A stretch of 63,418 nucleotides of DNA, the filler included, from Octopus bimaculoides (taxonomy: Eukaryota), in assembly GCF_001194135.2 (NCBI RefSeq). It is 10 parts of 10 records of this genome, joined end to end, with 100 filler letters (N's around TTAATTAATTAA, not from the genome) between each part and the next. Parts side by side here need not be neighbours in the genome. Positions count along the whole stretch, not along the records: positions 1 to 15,576 come from NC_068991.1; positions 15,677 to 21,040 come from NC_068983.1; positions 21,141 to 24,057 come from NC_069002.1; 7 more parts are not named here. One strand, 5' to 3'. A program made the position numbers and the translations under genes. A model generated the notes under the pieces. The model had not been told where the DNA came from. It made no database searches and saw nothing but the letters and a program-made list of their open reading frames with translations. Shown one piece after another: positions 10,429 to 22,292 of this stretch. Each line of letters begins with the position of its first letter. The first letter of the stretch is position 1.

Positions 10429-10722
10429 AGGGGAAATAACAAGGGGAGATAAATAAGTCCTCTTACTGTTAATGTAGACATTGGTTATAGCAACCAAAAA
10501 GTGAACTAATGTATTTTTCTTTTATATAGAATTCCTCCATATTATCTGACATTCCAAATTGACGTCATAGTTTTCTTTTTACATGCATCCACAGATTCTT
10601 CACATTTTGTATATGGGTGTCCTTATTTGTCGAATGTACAGAGTTCTCCTGATGTACAATCACTCCGTAAGTGTACATACCATCATTTAGGCTTCCAATA
10701 GTTCCTAGTTGTTATTTCCCCT
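10429..10722. mobile_element. Non-autonomous TIR element with TTAA target duplication (Kolobok-type termini)
   Basis: TTAA(10425-10428)|AGGGGAAATAACAA ... TTGTTATTTCCCCT|TTAA(10723-10726): perfect 14-bp TIR, AG..CT ends. Confidence 0.75.
10475..10700 (-). pseudogene. Merlin (IS1016/IS1595-like) transposase C-terminal fragment
   Basis: Minus strand MYTYGVIVHQENSVHSTNKDTHIQNVKNLWMHVKRKL*RQFG resembles the Merlin VNHxxNFVDPxTGxHTQNIENLWxxxKRK motif. Confidence 0.7.
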
Positions 10723-10861
10723 TTAATTTGATTTACTTTTTTAATCACTACATACTGAAGAATTTCCCTAAATTGGGGCTAAAATGAGGAATGACTAATT
10801 TCAATAATTTCTTCTCTTTAACGACATGGTGCATAAATGTATCAGGAACAGAACCAGGAAT

Positions 10862-11172
10862 AATTCTGCTTCAAGCATCCCCTATAACCCTCTGTAACTT
10901 TCCTTGTTTGTTTGTCACTCAGACAAATCGATGTTTTTCAATATCTTTCTTCCTATAAACACATTTAATAACATTTAAACAAAAATTTGGACTGTCTGTA
11001 TTTTAAACCATGATTTTAAAAAATTAAAAAAAATTAAAAAGAAATAATTCTTTTTAAATTTTGAAAAGGTAAAAAAATATTTTTCATAATCATATGAATT
11101 CCCTTAATTTTCTGAAAATTCTAAAAATTATAAAAAGATTACAGGGTTATAAGGGGTGCCTAAACCAGAATT
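10862..11172. mobile_element. Degenerate inverted-repeat element (MITE-like)
   Basis: aattctgcttcaagcatcccctataaccctctgtaacttt (10862-10901) vs aaagattacagggttataaggggtgcctaaaccagaatt (11134-11172), roughly 80% complementary. Confidence 0.6.
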
Positions 11173-12227
11173 CTGCTGAGAGTCACTCCTGCAAATTGTG
11201 AAGAAACTATAGAGAATATTTTACATTGAATTTTTTTATCTTCTCGAGTTTCAATAATTTCATATCAAGCCATTATCCTGTGATTCTTTACATTTGGCCT
11301 AGATATTAAAAATTTTTGTTGAATTTTTGATCTTTGTGGTGTCTAAGAATTAATATTGATGTGTATGAGTTTAAAAAAAAAAAATTTTTTTTCAAATGCA
11401 ATTCTGGAGAATTGAAGGGGCATTTACTTAATCTTGTCTTACTCATTTTGCTACATTTAAATTTATCTTCTGTATGCTCATAGAGAACAGATGTGATTTT
11501 CTGAAATAGTGTTCTGAATATATTATAGTGCTTTTAATGTATTTAGAGCTGATGTAGTTTTTGTTTGGTTGTGAACACTTGTAAAAATATATTTTTTTCC
11601 TCAGAGTTAAAAATGCAGTAAATATTATTCATTGTGCGCCCCCCCCCCACTTCTTACAGGAAACTGGAAAAGCAGACTTTTGGAACAGCTGTCATATATG
11701 TTGGAATTTCCATGTCTATGTCAGGATTTTCATTTTCTTTCATGCATTGTAAAACAATGAAGGGAATCATTTTTAAAACAAACATTTTTTAAATCCCTGT
11801 CTTTTAAATGCTTGACTCCCTCCCACACACACTCACCGTGCCTTTGGAAAAGCAACAACTACTAAAATTATATACTTTTCTTTTTCCTAATTTTCTGTCA
11901 TTTTATCATTCTATATTCTGAAATGTTTGTAATTCGCATTAGAGAAAAATATCTTAACCCCACTTCCCTCCTTCATTGTACTTTTTACATTGAAGGAAAA
12001 GTCAAACACTGCAACAGGATGTGTGAGAAAAAAACTGATCTTTGAAAAGTGTATCTATAAAGCATCATTTTCAGTTGTTTGTTTAAACTTTCTCTGCTAA
12101 TACGCTAAATTCATTTTATGCAATATATGGGTTTTGAGATTATGTTAAGATATTAAGATATTTCTTCTTAATATGAAATCAATGGTAGTCTTAATACACA
12201 AATAAAGAGTATATATATATCTATCTA

Positions 12228-12271
<44 letters not shown>

Positions 12272-12281
12272 NNNNNNNNNN

Positions 12282-12344
<63 letters not shown>

Positions 12345-12384
12345 GTCGTCATCATCATCATCATCATCATCATCATCGTCGTCG

Positions 12385-12431
<47 letters not shown>

Positions 12432-12660
12432 GTCGTCGTCATCATCATCATCATCATCATGTCCATTTTCGATGCTGGCTTGTCATGCATGGTTAGATTG
12501 GAGTTGGCAAGCTGGAGAGCTTCATAGTTATCTATTTAAGCATGGTTTCTATGACTGGATAACTTTGCTAATTCCAACCCACTTTACAGAGTGTAGTGGA
12601 TGGTTTTAACATGGCACTGGCACCAGCGGGGTTGCCAAGTAACTTGTATGACAAGGACCT
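12282..12660 (-). mobile_element. Probable RTE LINE 3' end with (ATG)n tail
   Basis: (cat)n array followed by gtccattttcgatgctggc..atggtttctatgactggata..ccaaccc; a related junction catcatcgtttaacgtcc..ccatgc occurs at about 19535-19566. Confidence 0.5.
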
Positions 12661-12752
12661 CTTAGTAGAGAGAGAGAGAGAGAGAGANNNNNNNNNNNNN
12701 NNNNNNNNNNNNNNNNNNNNNNNNNNNNNNNNNNNNNNNNNNNNNNNNNNNN

Positions 12753-12807
<55 letters not shown>

Positions 12808-13160
12808 ACCGAGTGGAGTGGCTATGTGCCAGGTGAGAGAGTGTAATAGAGGGACAGAGATAGATGTCTTACTATAGACGAGATACTAGGCTACCCTGTA
12901 GGAAAAGGAAGGTGAGAGATAGTTAGACAGAGACAGAATGAAAAAGAGAGGGAAATAGATGGTGTTGGAGATGCATTGGGGTCTACCCAGAGGGAACAGT
13001 GGTGGGGAGTATAAATAGCACAGAGGTAATATGTTTAGAGATCTGGTTGATACCAATCTAAAGAGAGCAACTGTCACACATTATAAGAAGGCATAAAAGG
13101 TATGAATTTTTCTTCTTGCAATAATAGAAATGATTATCAAAGAAAATAAATTAAACTTAC

Positions 13161-13280
13161 ACGTGTCTCTGAACAGCAACAGCAAATTGATGAAGAAACA
13201 ATAGCCAAAATAAATTCCAGAGTCATAACAAGTGAAGCAACAATAAAAAGAATATATAAACTATTTGTAGCATATAGTAA
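13161..13280 (-). CDS. MS4A/CD20-like protein, TM4 exon (LLYATNSLYILFIVASLVMTLEFILAIVSSSICCCCSETR)
   Basis: Strong acceptor ttttctttcttttacag, donor CGT|gtaagt, 120 nt, phase 0-0; LEFxxAxxSSxxCC resembles the last TM of MS4A-family proteins. Confidence 0.85.
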
Positions 13281-13724
13281 CTGTAAAAGAAAGAAAAAAC
13301 AAAATATTTTGATGTGAAAGAAAATGATAGAGATGATAATCTTGCTAGAGAGAAGTATTTTCCATACTTTTCTTGTAGTATCAAAATTAAGCAAAATTGA
13401 TGTTTCGATTTAATAAAGTTAAAATGGTTTAAGAGCAGTCTTTTATTGTCCTTCTAGTTTCACTAATTAGAATGTGGCCAAGCTGAGGCACCAACTTCAT
13501 GAATATAGCCAATTAATCAACCTTAAGTACTTTGCCTGATTCTAATTCCATCAACTTCAGATGGATGAAAAACAATGTTGGCATAAAGAAGGATTTGAAC
13601 TTAGAACCTAAATGAATATAATCAAATACCACAAACCGTTCTGTCAGATACTTTACCATTTCTACCATCCAGCAACTTGTATATAAAATTATATGAATGT
13701 TAACACAGGCATGTCTATAGGTAC

Positions 13725-13860
13725 AGGTGTGGCTATGTGCACACATGTGCCTGTGTGGTAAAAAGTTTGTTTCCCAACTACATACATGGTCCTGGATTCA
13801 GTCCTACTGCATGGTACCTTGGGAAAGTGTCTTCTACTATAGCTCAGAGAGGTACTTCAA
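13725..13860 (+). mobile_element. SINE family A head (partial)
   Basis: tgtggtaaaaagtttgtttcccaactac..ggattcagtcc..ccttgggaaagtgtcttctactatagc. Confidence 0.75.
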
Positions 13861-15172
13861 AAAGGTCATGTCCACAAGTTCTATCTTCTTAGAAATAGGA
13901 TTTTATGTTAACGTTAAGAATTCTCTGACACAAAGGAAACATTATCAGTGGTTTCACCCAAATATTTTATATAAATACATCCTTCTATTGACCATTACCT
14001 ATTACGGAAATGGTAATATGTGAAAGGCCATTTTTATAAAACTTGATTTGTTTGTAACATTTTTATCAATTTTCTTCACAATTATTGATTGTTTTTTTTT
14101 AGTTAAATCAATATTGATTATTTAAAATATATCTAATTCTTTTGTGTTGAATTGATTTATGTACTACCTACTAAATTTAATAAAGTAAATATTGAACTTG
14201 CAAGTAAATTTCCCTGTCAGAGCTGATCAAAAAATCAGTAATAACTTTGGATGTATGCAAATCTGTCAATTTTTTAAAAATCCAAATTCCCCTTAGTATC
14301 TTATTTTTCATACTTATTCACACTTACAAACGTTTTCTTTCATGTATTTTAATACCTAACCTTACAGAATAAAAAGTTGTTAAGAAAAAAAAAATGCTTC
14401 AATGACTTCAAGATTCCAAGCTCAGATATATCAGTGTAAAGTTATTTTTTTTTGTAAATAAAAACTCTGCCACAAACTATGAGTGATTTTCATTGCTTAG
14501 TTGAAAGACGGTTTAGCTCTTCTAAAAAAATAAAATAAAACAAAACAGCTGCCTGTTAGATATTTAAAAAGGTTTTATTTTCTATAAAGTCTATTTCTGA
14601 TAATATTGGTAGGATTTTCTTCAGATTTCTAAATGTTTAATGTTATACATTGTTTGTTAAAAATGGTACACTAGCAAAATAACTTTAGCAGAGAAAACAC
14701 AACAAAATTTAAAATAGTTAATGTGTCATATTTCTTGAAATTAGACAGCTAAGATGCATCTATATTTTGTTTTAAAATAATGTATATATATTTAGAACAC
14801 ACCATGATTCAGAATAGCTGAAACATGTGTAAAGTAGGTAATTATTTGTAAGCTTTAGTTATGAAGATTAAACATGATGTGAAAATATACTATTGTTCTC
14901 TTCAGTAAACATAAAAGTAATTGGGAATCTTCTTAGCAATCAGTTTTGGGATAATTGTCCCTCGTTAAAAATGTACCACTATTTTTCAACAATCCAGAAC
15001 TTTTTTTTTTATCTAAATTACTGTATTTATAGCAGTAACTTAACAGAATATAACATTAACAACAGTCTTAACATGTATATTTTGATTTAATTTTCCCATT
15101 CTATAGACAAATCATTTAAGTTCTTTGTAGTAAAAAGCTTCTACAGAAAAATTGAATTAAAAACCTACTTAC

Positions 15173-15262
15173 AATCCATAGTGAGTGAATACTAAAACAA
15201 GCAATTCCACCAATTGAAAAGAAACATGCCGACAAAATGGCAAGGACCATGTAGATGGTTTT
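15173..15262 (-). CDS. MS4A/CD20-like protein, TM3 exon (KTIYMVLAILSACFFSIGGIACFSIHSLWI)
   Basis: Acceptor tttgatatttctttacag, donor ATT|gtaagt, 90 nt, phase 0-0, hydrophobic and stop-free; joins in frame to 13280. Confidence 0.85.
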
Positions 15263-15533
15263 CTGTAAAGAAATATCAAAGAATTATTTGCAATATATAT
15301 TTGAGTGTGTGTGTGCATATGCATGTTTTCATATGGCCAAAGCTGTAAGCTTAAACATATATGTAAGTATGATTCCATTAATAACTGTGCAAATATGCGT
15401 GATTGTAAGATAGAAACAAAGAAACTGAGCTATGTGAAAGCAAATATGCAATTATGTTTATTACTATGAGTAAGATAATATATCTAGTATTGGTATTGCT
15501 AGCAAAAAAGCTAAACAAATTTGCTGTAATTAT

Positions 15534-15576
<43 letters not shown>

Positions 15577-15689
15577 NNNNNNNNNNNNNNNNNNNNNNNN
15601 NNNNNNNNNNNNNNNNNNNNTTAATTAATTAANNNNNNNNNNNNNNNNNNNNNNNNNNNNNNNNNNNNNNNNNNNNAAGCAGATGTGAA

Positions 15690-16040
15690 ATGGTGGTGGT
15701 GGTGGTGGTGGTGGTGGTGAGGACAAGGACAAGGACAATGAGGAAGATGCAGATGAGGGGAGGAAGAGAAGGAGAAGAGGAGGAGGAAGAAGGGGAGAAG
15801 GGTAGGGAGGAGGGTGGGGAGGAGAGAAGGAAGAGGAAAAAGAGGAAGTGGAGGAAGAGGAAAAGGAGGAAGTGGAGGAAGAGGAGAAAGAGAAGGAGCA
15901 GAAGGAAGGGGAGGAAAGGGAACAGGAGGAAGTGGATGTGGATGTGGAGGAAGAAGAAAAGGGAAGTGGAAGTGGAGGAGGTGGAGGAGGAGAAGGAAGT
16001 GGAAGTGGAGAAAGAGCAAGCAGAGGAGGAGGAAGAAGAG
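15690..16040 (+). repeat. (GGT)n plus purine-rich GA low-complexity tract
   Basis: About 280 nt of mostly G/A on plus; source of the spurious E/R/K/G-rich ORFs. Confidence 0.9.
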
Positions 16041-16049
16041 GAAATTCAT

Positions 16050-16270
16050 TATGGCTCCCAGTCTATTTTTGCCTGCCAAACAATGTACTGACAAATTATG
16101 TTAAGCAGCTTCACATTGCAGCTGTGTGGTTTTGAGTTTAGTGCTTCCGTGTGGCACTTTGGCCAAATGTCTTTTACTGTTGATCCATATGAACCAATTG
16201 TCAGTAAATTTGGTGAACATAATCTGTACAAGGTCCATAGGGCCAAGGGTGAGTCAAGGTCAAAATGGTT
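16050..16270 (+). mobile_element. Degenerate SINE family A
   Basis: gctgtgtggttttgagtttagtgc..gtggcactttggccaaatgtctttta, homologous to the family A head. Confidence 0.5.
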
Positions 16271-17142
16271 CCAAAATCTCTGGCCCAGGCCAGCATGGAA
16301 AATAGGATGTTAAATGAAGTTGATGATGATGATGACAACGACGATGATGATGATGGTGATGATGACGATGATAATGGTGATGATGATGGCGGTGATAGCG
16401 ATGATGACAATGTTGATGATGATGATGATGCTGATGCTCCAGCATGGGCACAGGCCAATGGCTCAAACTAGTAACAGAATTATATTTGTGTGTGTGTGTG
16501 TGTGTGTGTGTGTCTTTATGCATGTGTATGCGAGTGTATGCAGGTGCATGTATTTGTTTGTGGAGAATACATTAAAATGCAGTTGTTTGGGGTTTACAGA
16601 CTGTTACATATGATCAAGCAATAATTACATGATATACTAATTAATACTAATTAGGCCAGGTTTAAAATATATAAAAAAAAAGAGTGTTGCATTCAAACAT
16701 TTTCAAAGCTTCTGTTTTGCTTCATAAAAAAACAAATCTCTTTTTCTTTTTTTATCAGTTCCAGACTGGTCTAATTACTGCTTTATGTATTTTATTATGA
16801 AATCACATGAAATAGTCTGTAGAAACAACAGCCGCTGTCTAATAGTAGACTGCATTACATAATTAAATTCTACAAGTTCAGCATGGAATGCTCTCATGTG
16901 CTTTATAGATATATGCAAACAAAATAGAATGAAAAAACTCCAGAAATCTTATGTTATATGGTTAAAGGATATATTTAAATCGTCATGTTAGGAAAATGAT
17001 ATAAAGTTTTGTGTGCAGTGACATTGTTTTTGGAGAAATAACTGGTTTCACATTTTCTTTTCAAATTTCTCAGATTTCTTTACTGATATTGTGACATCTC
17101 TTTGCTATGGTGTGATGTAGGAGAGTTCCAAACAAGGGGAGA

Positions 17143-17214
<72 letters not shown>

Positions 17215-17221
17215 CGTTATT

Positions 17222-17268
17222 GATCAGAAGCCATGAGAGCCAATGCCTGGTACTGCATCAGGGCATTA
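17222..17268 (+). repeat. Terminus of the repeat family also seen at 53190-53235
   Basis: gatcagaagccatgagagccaatgcctggtactgcatcagggcatt vs gatcagaagccatgagagccactgcttggtactgcatccgggcatt. Confidence 0.8.
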
Positions 17269-17277
17269 TTATTATTA

Positions 17278-17350
<73 letters not shown>

Positions 17351-17981
17351 CATTATTATTATCATAATATTTCTTGACAGTCATTCTCTCACTCATTCTA
17401 TAGTTTTTAGATATGCATTTATTGCTTGCATCACCTTTTGCACCTGGCCTTAAAGACACTTATGCTGGACTTGAGTAAGTACAGAGAAATGCAGAAAATA
17501 ACAGCAATAATTTCATTTCATTAAAACACTGTCCAACATTTGAGGTCAAAATAACTGCACAGCAGCAGCAGCTGTAGTAGTGATAGTAGTAGCAGTGACA
17601 GTCACAGCAGTAGTATAAAGCTGATTATCATCTAGTTATCATACCCAATATCTAAGTACGTTTTTATTTTGTCGTTCACAATATTTTTTGTTACATGATA
17701 TAATATGCATTCACATTCATCATATGAGAATGGAGAAGCATGCTTTTGAATTCCTAAGGTCATCTCTGGTCACTCGTTTCATACATCCATTGCTATAAGA
17801 TATATATAAAATTTAACATATTGATACTTGTATTCATTTAATATAGTATATTGATATATTGTCGATAGCTGGCTTATATTTTAGTGAATATTCTCAAATA
17901 CATACATGCATACAGGTAGATAGATAGATAGACTGATACTCATACACACACACATACAGTATGTATATATTTATCCATATA

Positions 17982-18030
<49 letters not shown>

Positions 18031-18045
18031 AATGTGTTATAATAC

Positions 18046-18119
18046 CATTCCACATATACAAAAACAGCCATACCAACAATCCAACATACCTCCATCATCA
18101 GCTGCCCCACAGATATCAT
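18046..18119 (-). CDS. Candidate first coding (TM1) exon of the MS4A-like gene
   Basis: ATG at 18119 gives MISVGQLMMEVCWIVGMAVFVYVE(W), donor TG|gtatta; loosely fits the MS4A TM1 pattern LGxxQIxxG, but the donor is weak and the TM2 exon was not found. Confidence 0.28.
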
Positions 18120-18765
18120 TATGTTTTCAACACCTGGGCAGTATTATTCAATCAGGCAGTGACAACAGCACTAAAATAAGTGTTGTTTCGGAACAAACAT
18201 ACCATATATATATATGTGTATATATANNNNNNNNNNNNNNNNNNNNNNNNNNNNNNNNNNNNNNNNNNNNNNNNNNNNNNNNNNNNNNNNNNNNNNNNNN
18301 NNNNNNNNNNNNNNNNNNNNNNNNNNNNNNNNNNNNNNNNNNNNNNNNNNNNNNNNNNNNNNNNNNNNNNNNNNNNNNNNNNNNNNNNNNNNNNNNNNNN
18401 NNNNNNNNNNNNNNNNNNNNNNNNNNNNNNNNNNNNNNNNNNNNNNNNNNNNNNNNNNNNNNNNNNNNNNNNNNNNNNNNNNNNNNNNNNNNNNNNNNNN
18501 NNNNNNNNNNNNNNNNNNNNNNNNNNNNNNNNNNNNNNNNNNNNNNNNNNNNNNNNNNNNNNNNNNNNNNNNNNNNNNNNNNNNNNNNNNNNNNNNNNNN
18601 NNNNNNNNNNNNNNNNNNNNNNNNNNNNNNNNNNNNNNNNNNNNNNNNNNNNNNNNNNNNNNNNNNNNNNNNNNNNNNNNNNNNNNNNNNNNNNNNNNNN
18701 NNNNNNNNNNNNNNNNNNNNNNNNNNNNNNNNNNNNNNNNNNNNNNNNNNNNNNNNNNNNNNNNA

Positions 18766-19530
18766 AATAGTCACCTTCTTTTGATGCAACTTTAGCTTTG
18801 GGAAGTGCCGTGGAGCTTCGTTGGCATTCAACCACTGAGCTGAGCATTCCTGGTTGTTGTAAAGAATTCACTTTTCATCGCAAGTCACAATCTGGTCGAG
18901 AAACAGGTCATTCTTGTTGCGTAAGAGAAGGGAAGACGACACTTCAAAACGGCGTTTTTTTTTTTGGTTATCATTCAATTCGTGCGGCATCCATTTCTCA
19001 AGTATTTTTGTTTATCCAATCTCTTTCAAGTGGTTGGAAATTGTCGTATACGTTATGTTTAATTCAGATGCAAGCTCTTGAACAGTTGTGCGTGGATTGG
19101 TTTCGACTAAGGCTCTTAGTTGATCATTGTCAACATCTGATGGCCGATCACTATGTTTATCATCTTCAAGACTCTCGTCACCACTACAAAATTTCTTGAA
19201 CCACCATCGTGCTGTACGTTCATGAATGGTTCCTGGGTCAAACGCATCGTTGATATCGTGAGCTGCTTCAGCAGCTTTTCAGCCTAGCTTGAACTGGAAT
19301 AAGAAAATTGTGCGAATTTGCTTTTCATCCATGTTGTATTCAACATCCCCCCCCCACACAAAATGGCCTAACTATTCAAAAAGAAAGAGTAATACAATTA
19401 GATAGAGCGAAAAACGGGCTTTAAAATGCTATATAAAGTCAAAGTAATTTAACGAAACTTAATTTGAAAATGCATCATTTAAAAACCCAAATTAAAAATT
19501 CCGTGAGAACTTTCTTGACAACTTAATATA
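18766..19530 (-). mobile_element. Mariner transposon, 5' two-thirds (rest lost in gap)
   Basis: TA|TATTAAGTTGTCAAGAAAGTTCTC TIR; MDEKQIRTIFLFQFKLG..WWFKKFCSGDESLED..GRPS-like DRPS..KWMPHELND..IVTCDEK..HQKKV. Confidence 0.93.
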
Positions 19531-20180
19531 TATCATCATCATCGTTTAACGTCCTCCTTCCATGCTNNNNNNNNNNNNNNNNNNNNNNNNNNNNNNNNNN
19601 NNNNNNNNNNNNNNNNNNNNNNNNNNNNNNNNNNNNNNNNNNNNNNNNNNNNNNNNNNNNNNNNNNNNNNNNNNNNNNNNNNNNNNNNNNNNNNNNNNNN
19701 NNNNNNNNNNNNNNNNNNNNNNNNNNNNNNNNNNNNNNNNNNNNNNNNNNNNNNNNNNNNNNNNNNNNNNNNNNNNNNNNNNNNNNNNNNNNNNNNNNNN
19801 NNNNNNNNNNNNNNNNNNNNNNNNNNNNNNNNNNNNNNNNNNNNNNNNNNNNNNNNNNNNNNNNNNNNNNNNNNNNNNNNNNNNNNNNNNNNNNNNNNNN
19901 NNNNNNNNNNNNNNNNNNNNNNNNNNNNNNNNNNNNNNNNNNNNNNNNNNNNNNNNNNNNNNNNNNNNNNNNNNNNNNNNNNNNNNNNNNNNNNNNNNNN
20001 NNNNNNNNNNNNNNNNNNNNNNNNNNNNNNNNNNNNNNNNNNNNNNNNNNNNNNNNNNNNNNNNNNNNNNNNNNNNNNNNNNNNNNNNNNNNNNNNNNNN
20101 NNNNNNNNNNNNNNNNNNNNNNNNNNNNNNNNNNNNNNNNNNNNNNNNNNNNNNNNNNNNNNNNNNNNNNNNNNNNNNNN

Positions 20181-20315
20181 GACTTAATCCCTTTGTCTAT
20201 CCTTGTTTATCCCCTCTATGTTTAGCCCCTTGTGGGCAATAAAGAAATAAGAAACGTTAGCATGCCGGGCAAAATACTTAGCAGTATTACATCTGTCTTT
20301 ACGTTCAGAGTTTAT
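20181..20315 (+). mobile_element. SINE family C internal junction fragment
   Basis: ..ccccttgtgggcaataaagaaataagaaacgttagcatgccgggcaaaatacttagc, the reverse complement of the linker at about 57660-57750. Confidence 0.7.
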
Positions 20316-20816
20316 ATATATATATAAAACGTATGCATGTATGTATTTATGTATTTATGCATATATATATGTCTGTACACTGCAACCATTGTTCATTTGT
20401 TGCTTTGTGGCTCTTTCTTAGAAGTTTTCATTTCATTGCTTAGTTGATTGGTTATGTTATTTTATTGGAAGTTAATATACGTTTTTTTGCTGTTTTTATA
20501 TTCACTTGTAATGTGAAACTCACAACATGTGTTAGCTAATTATTAATTCAGTTTGGTTCATCATGTGTATCTAATCTCTGATCATATCACAAAGTGTATC
20601 AGAGTCATTTTGTCATTCTTTTGATATTGTATAATAGCACATAAAACATTAATTATTAGGTGGCTGTGAAAATAATGTCTGACTATCAGTGACCACATTT
20701 CAGAATAACATGAATGCCTGTCATTTTAGTAAATATATGCATATGTATGTGTTTGTGTATGTAAGTATACATATATGTGCATGCATACACACAGATATAT
20801 AGATATACACGCACAC

Positions 20817-20859
<43 letters not shown>

Positions 20860-21140
20860 CATACATTTACACACACGCACCCACACGCACACACACTCAC
20901 ACACATACATTGATGTGTATATGCATGAATATATACATATATGTTTGTGTGTATGTATTTATTTATTTATTTATTTATGGGTTTCAGCCAAGTGGCTGTG
21001 GTCATGCTGGAGCACCACCGTGATTTTCCGTCTTTATGCTNNNNNNNNNNNNNNNNNNNNNNNNNNNNNNNNNNNNNNNNNNNNTTAATTAATTAANNNN
21101 NNNNNNNNNNNNNNNNNNNNNNNNNNNNNNNNNNNNNNNN

Positions 21141-21230
21141 AATGTTCAACTGGTACTTAATTTATCGTCCCCGAAAGGATGAAAAGCAATGTCGACTTCG
21201 GCAGAATATGAACTCAGAACATATAGCTGG
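21141..21230 (-). mobile_element. SINE family C fragment
   Basis: ctggtacttaatttatcgtccccgaaaggatgaaaagcaatgtcgacttcggcagaat..gaactcagaac. Confidence 0.8.
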
Positions 21231-21928
21231 CAGAAATGTCACATGGCTGCGTGGTAAGGAGCCTGCTTACCAACCATATGGTTCTGGGTTCCGCAGCGCA
21301 TAATACCGTATGAGCTGTGTTGTGCGCATGCGCTTACGTGTATTTGTGTGCATGCGGGCGTGTGTGTATGTATGCGTGCGTATGTGTGAGTGCGTGTGTT
21401 TGTAAGTGCCTGTATGTGTGCGTTCGCGTATGAGCGTGCGCGTGTGTATGTCTATGTATGTGTATGTGTGTGTGTGTCAGTGTTCGCGTATGCGTCTGTG
21501 CGTGCATGTATGTGTGCGTGGATACGTACGTGCGTGTTTGCGTGCGCATGTGTATATAACTATGTGTGCGTGAGTGTGCGTATGTGCGTACGCGTTTGTG
21601 TCTGTGTGTGCGTGTATGTATGTGTGCGTGCGTGTATGTGTGCGTGGTGCGTATATATGTGTGAGTGTATGTGGTAGAGGCGGGTGTCCCAACTTTAATG
21701 GCGGAGTGGAGTGGAGCTAGGCTGAGGTGAGCTCTGCGTATGTCTTGTCAAAATTGATTTTCATTTTAGTATTGATTTATTTTTTTTAATCTTCTCTTGT
21801 TTTTATTCTATTTTATTTTACTTCTTTATTTGTATGTGCAAGCATGATGCGCGCGTGTGTGTGTGTGTGTGTGTGAATGGATGTGTTTGTGTGCATGTGT
21901 GTCATTATATGTCTACCTACCTATCTGC

Positions 21929-22014
<86 letters not shown>

Positions 22015-22101
22015 GTCTATCTATCTATCTAACAAAGCAGAGACAAAACGATACACACGGTGTAGTTATATGTTCGATAAGAGATTGAGAAATAGGAAAC
22101 G

Positions 22102-22138
22102 TCTCTGACGTTTCGAGCTTAGGGTACTTCTTCATAAA
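22102..22138 (-). ncRNA. Degenerate hammerhead-like motif (Penelope pLTR-type remnant)
   Basis: Minus strand ttATGAAGA-agtaccctaagctc-GAAAC-GTC-agaga; GAAAC/GUC and the ACGU palindrome are intact, while CUGAAGA and stems I and II are damaged. Confidence 0.35.
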
Positions 22139-22259
22139 TATAGGTGAATGGGTGAAAGAAGAGTAGAGAAAGGAAAGAAACTGTGGAAATAATGATAAAA
22201 ACACGAGTTCTGCGATATATGTATGTCAGTGTATTTACGTATATATCTACATACATACA

Positions 22260-22290
<31 letters not shown>

Positions 22291-22292
<2 letters not shown>

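Noticed and set aside
10595-10666. Plus-strand 72-nt exon-like segment with cag/gtaagt (SSHFVYGCPY..)
   Set aside because: Better explained as the antisense of the Merlin transposase fragment.
12880-13080. Penelope-like coding remnant (also 9060-9360)
   Set aside because: Only faint resemblance to RP..LV and GRP-C motifs; too decayed to support.
14320-14365. Small segment ending in gtaagt between the TM3 and TM4 exons
   Set aside because: 28 nt, would shift the frame; weak acceptor.
15621-15632. TTAATTAATTAA recurring at 15621, 21085, 24102, 38881, 40172, 42119, 43420, 60656 and 61929
   Set aside because: Always centred in fixed-length N padding and gives stops in all six frames; an artificial scaffold linker, not a spaced repeat array or CRISPR.
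17420-17470. Possible exon SSISVFKARCK after a pyrimidine tract
   Set aside because: Available donor is phase 2, incompatible with the phase-0 TM3 exon.
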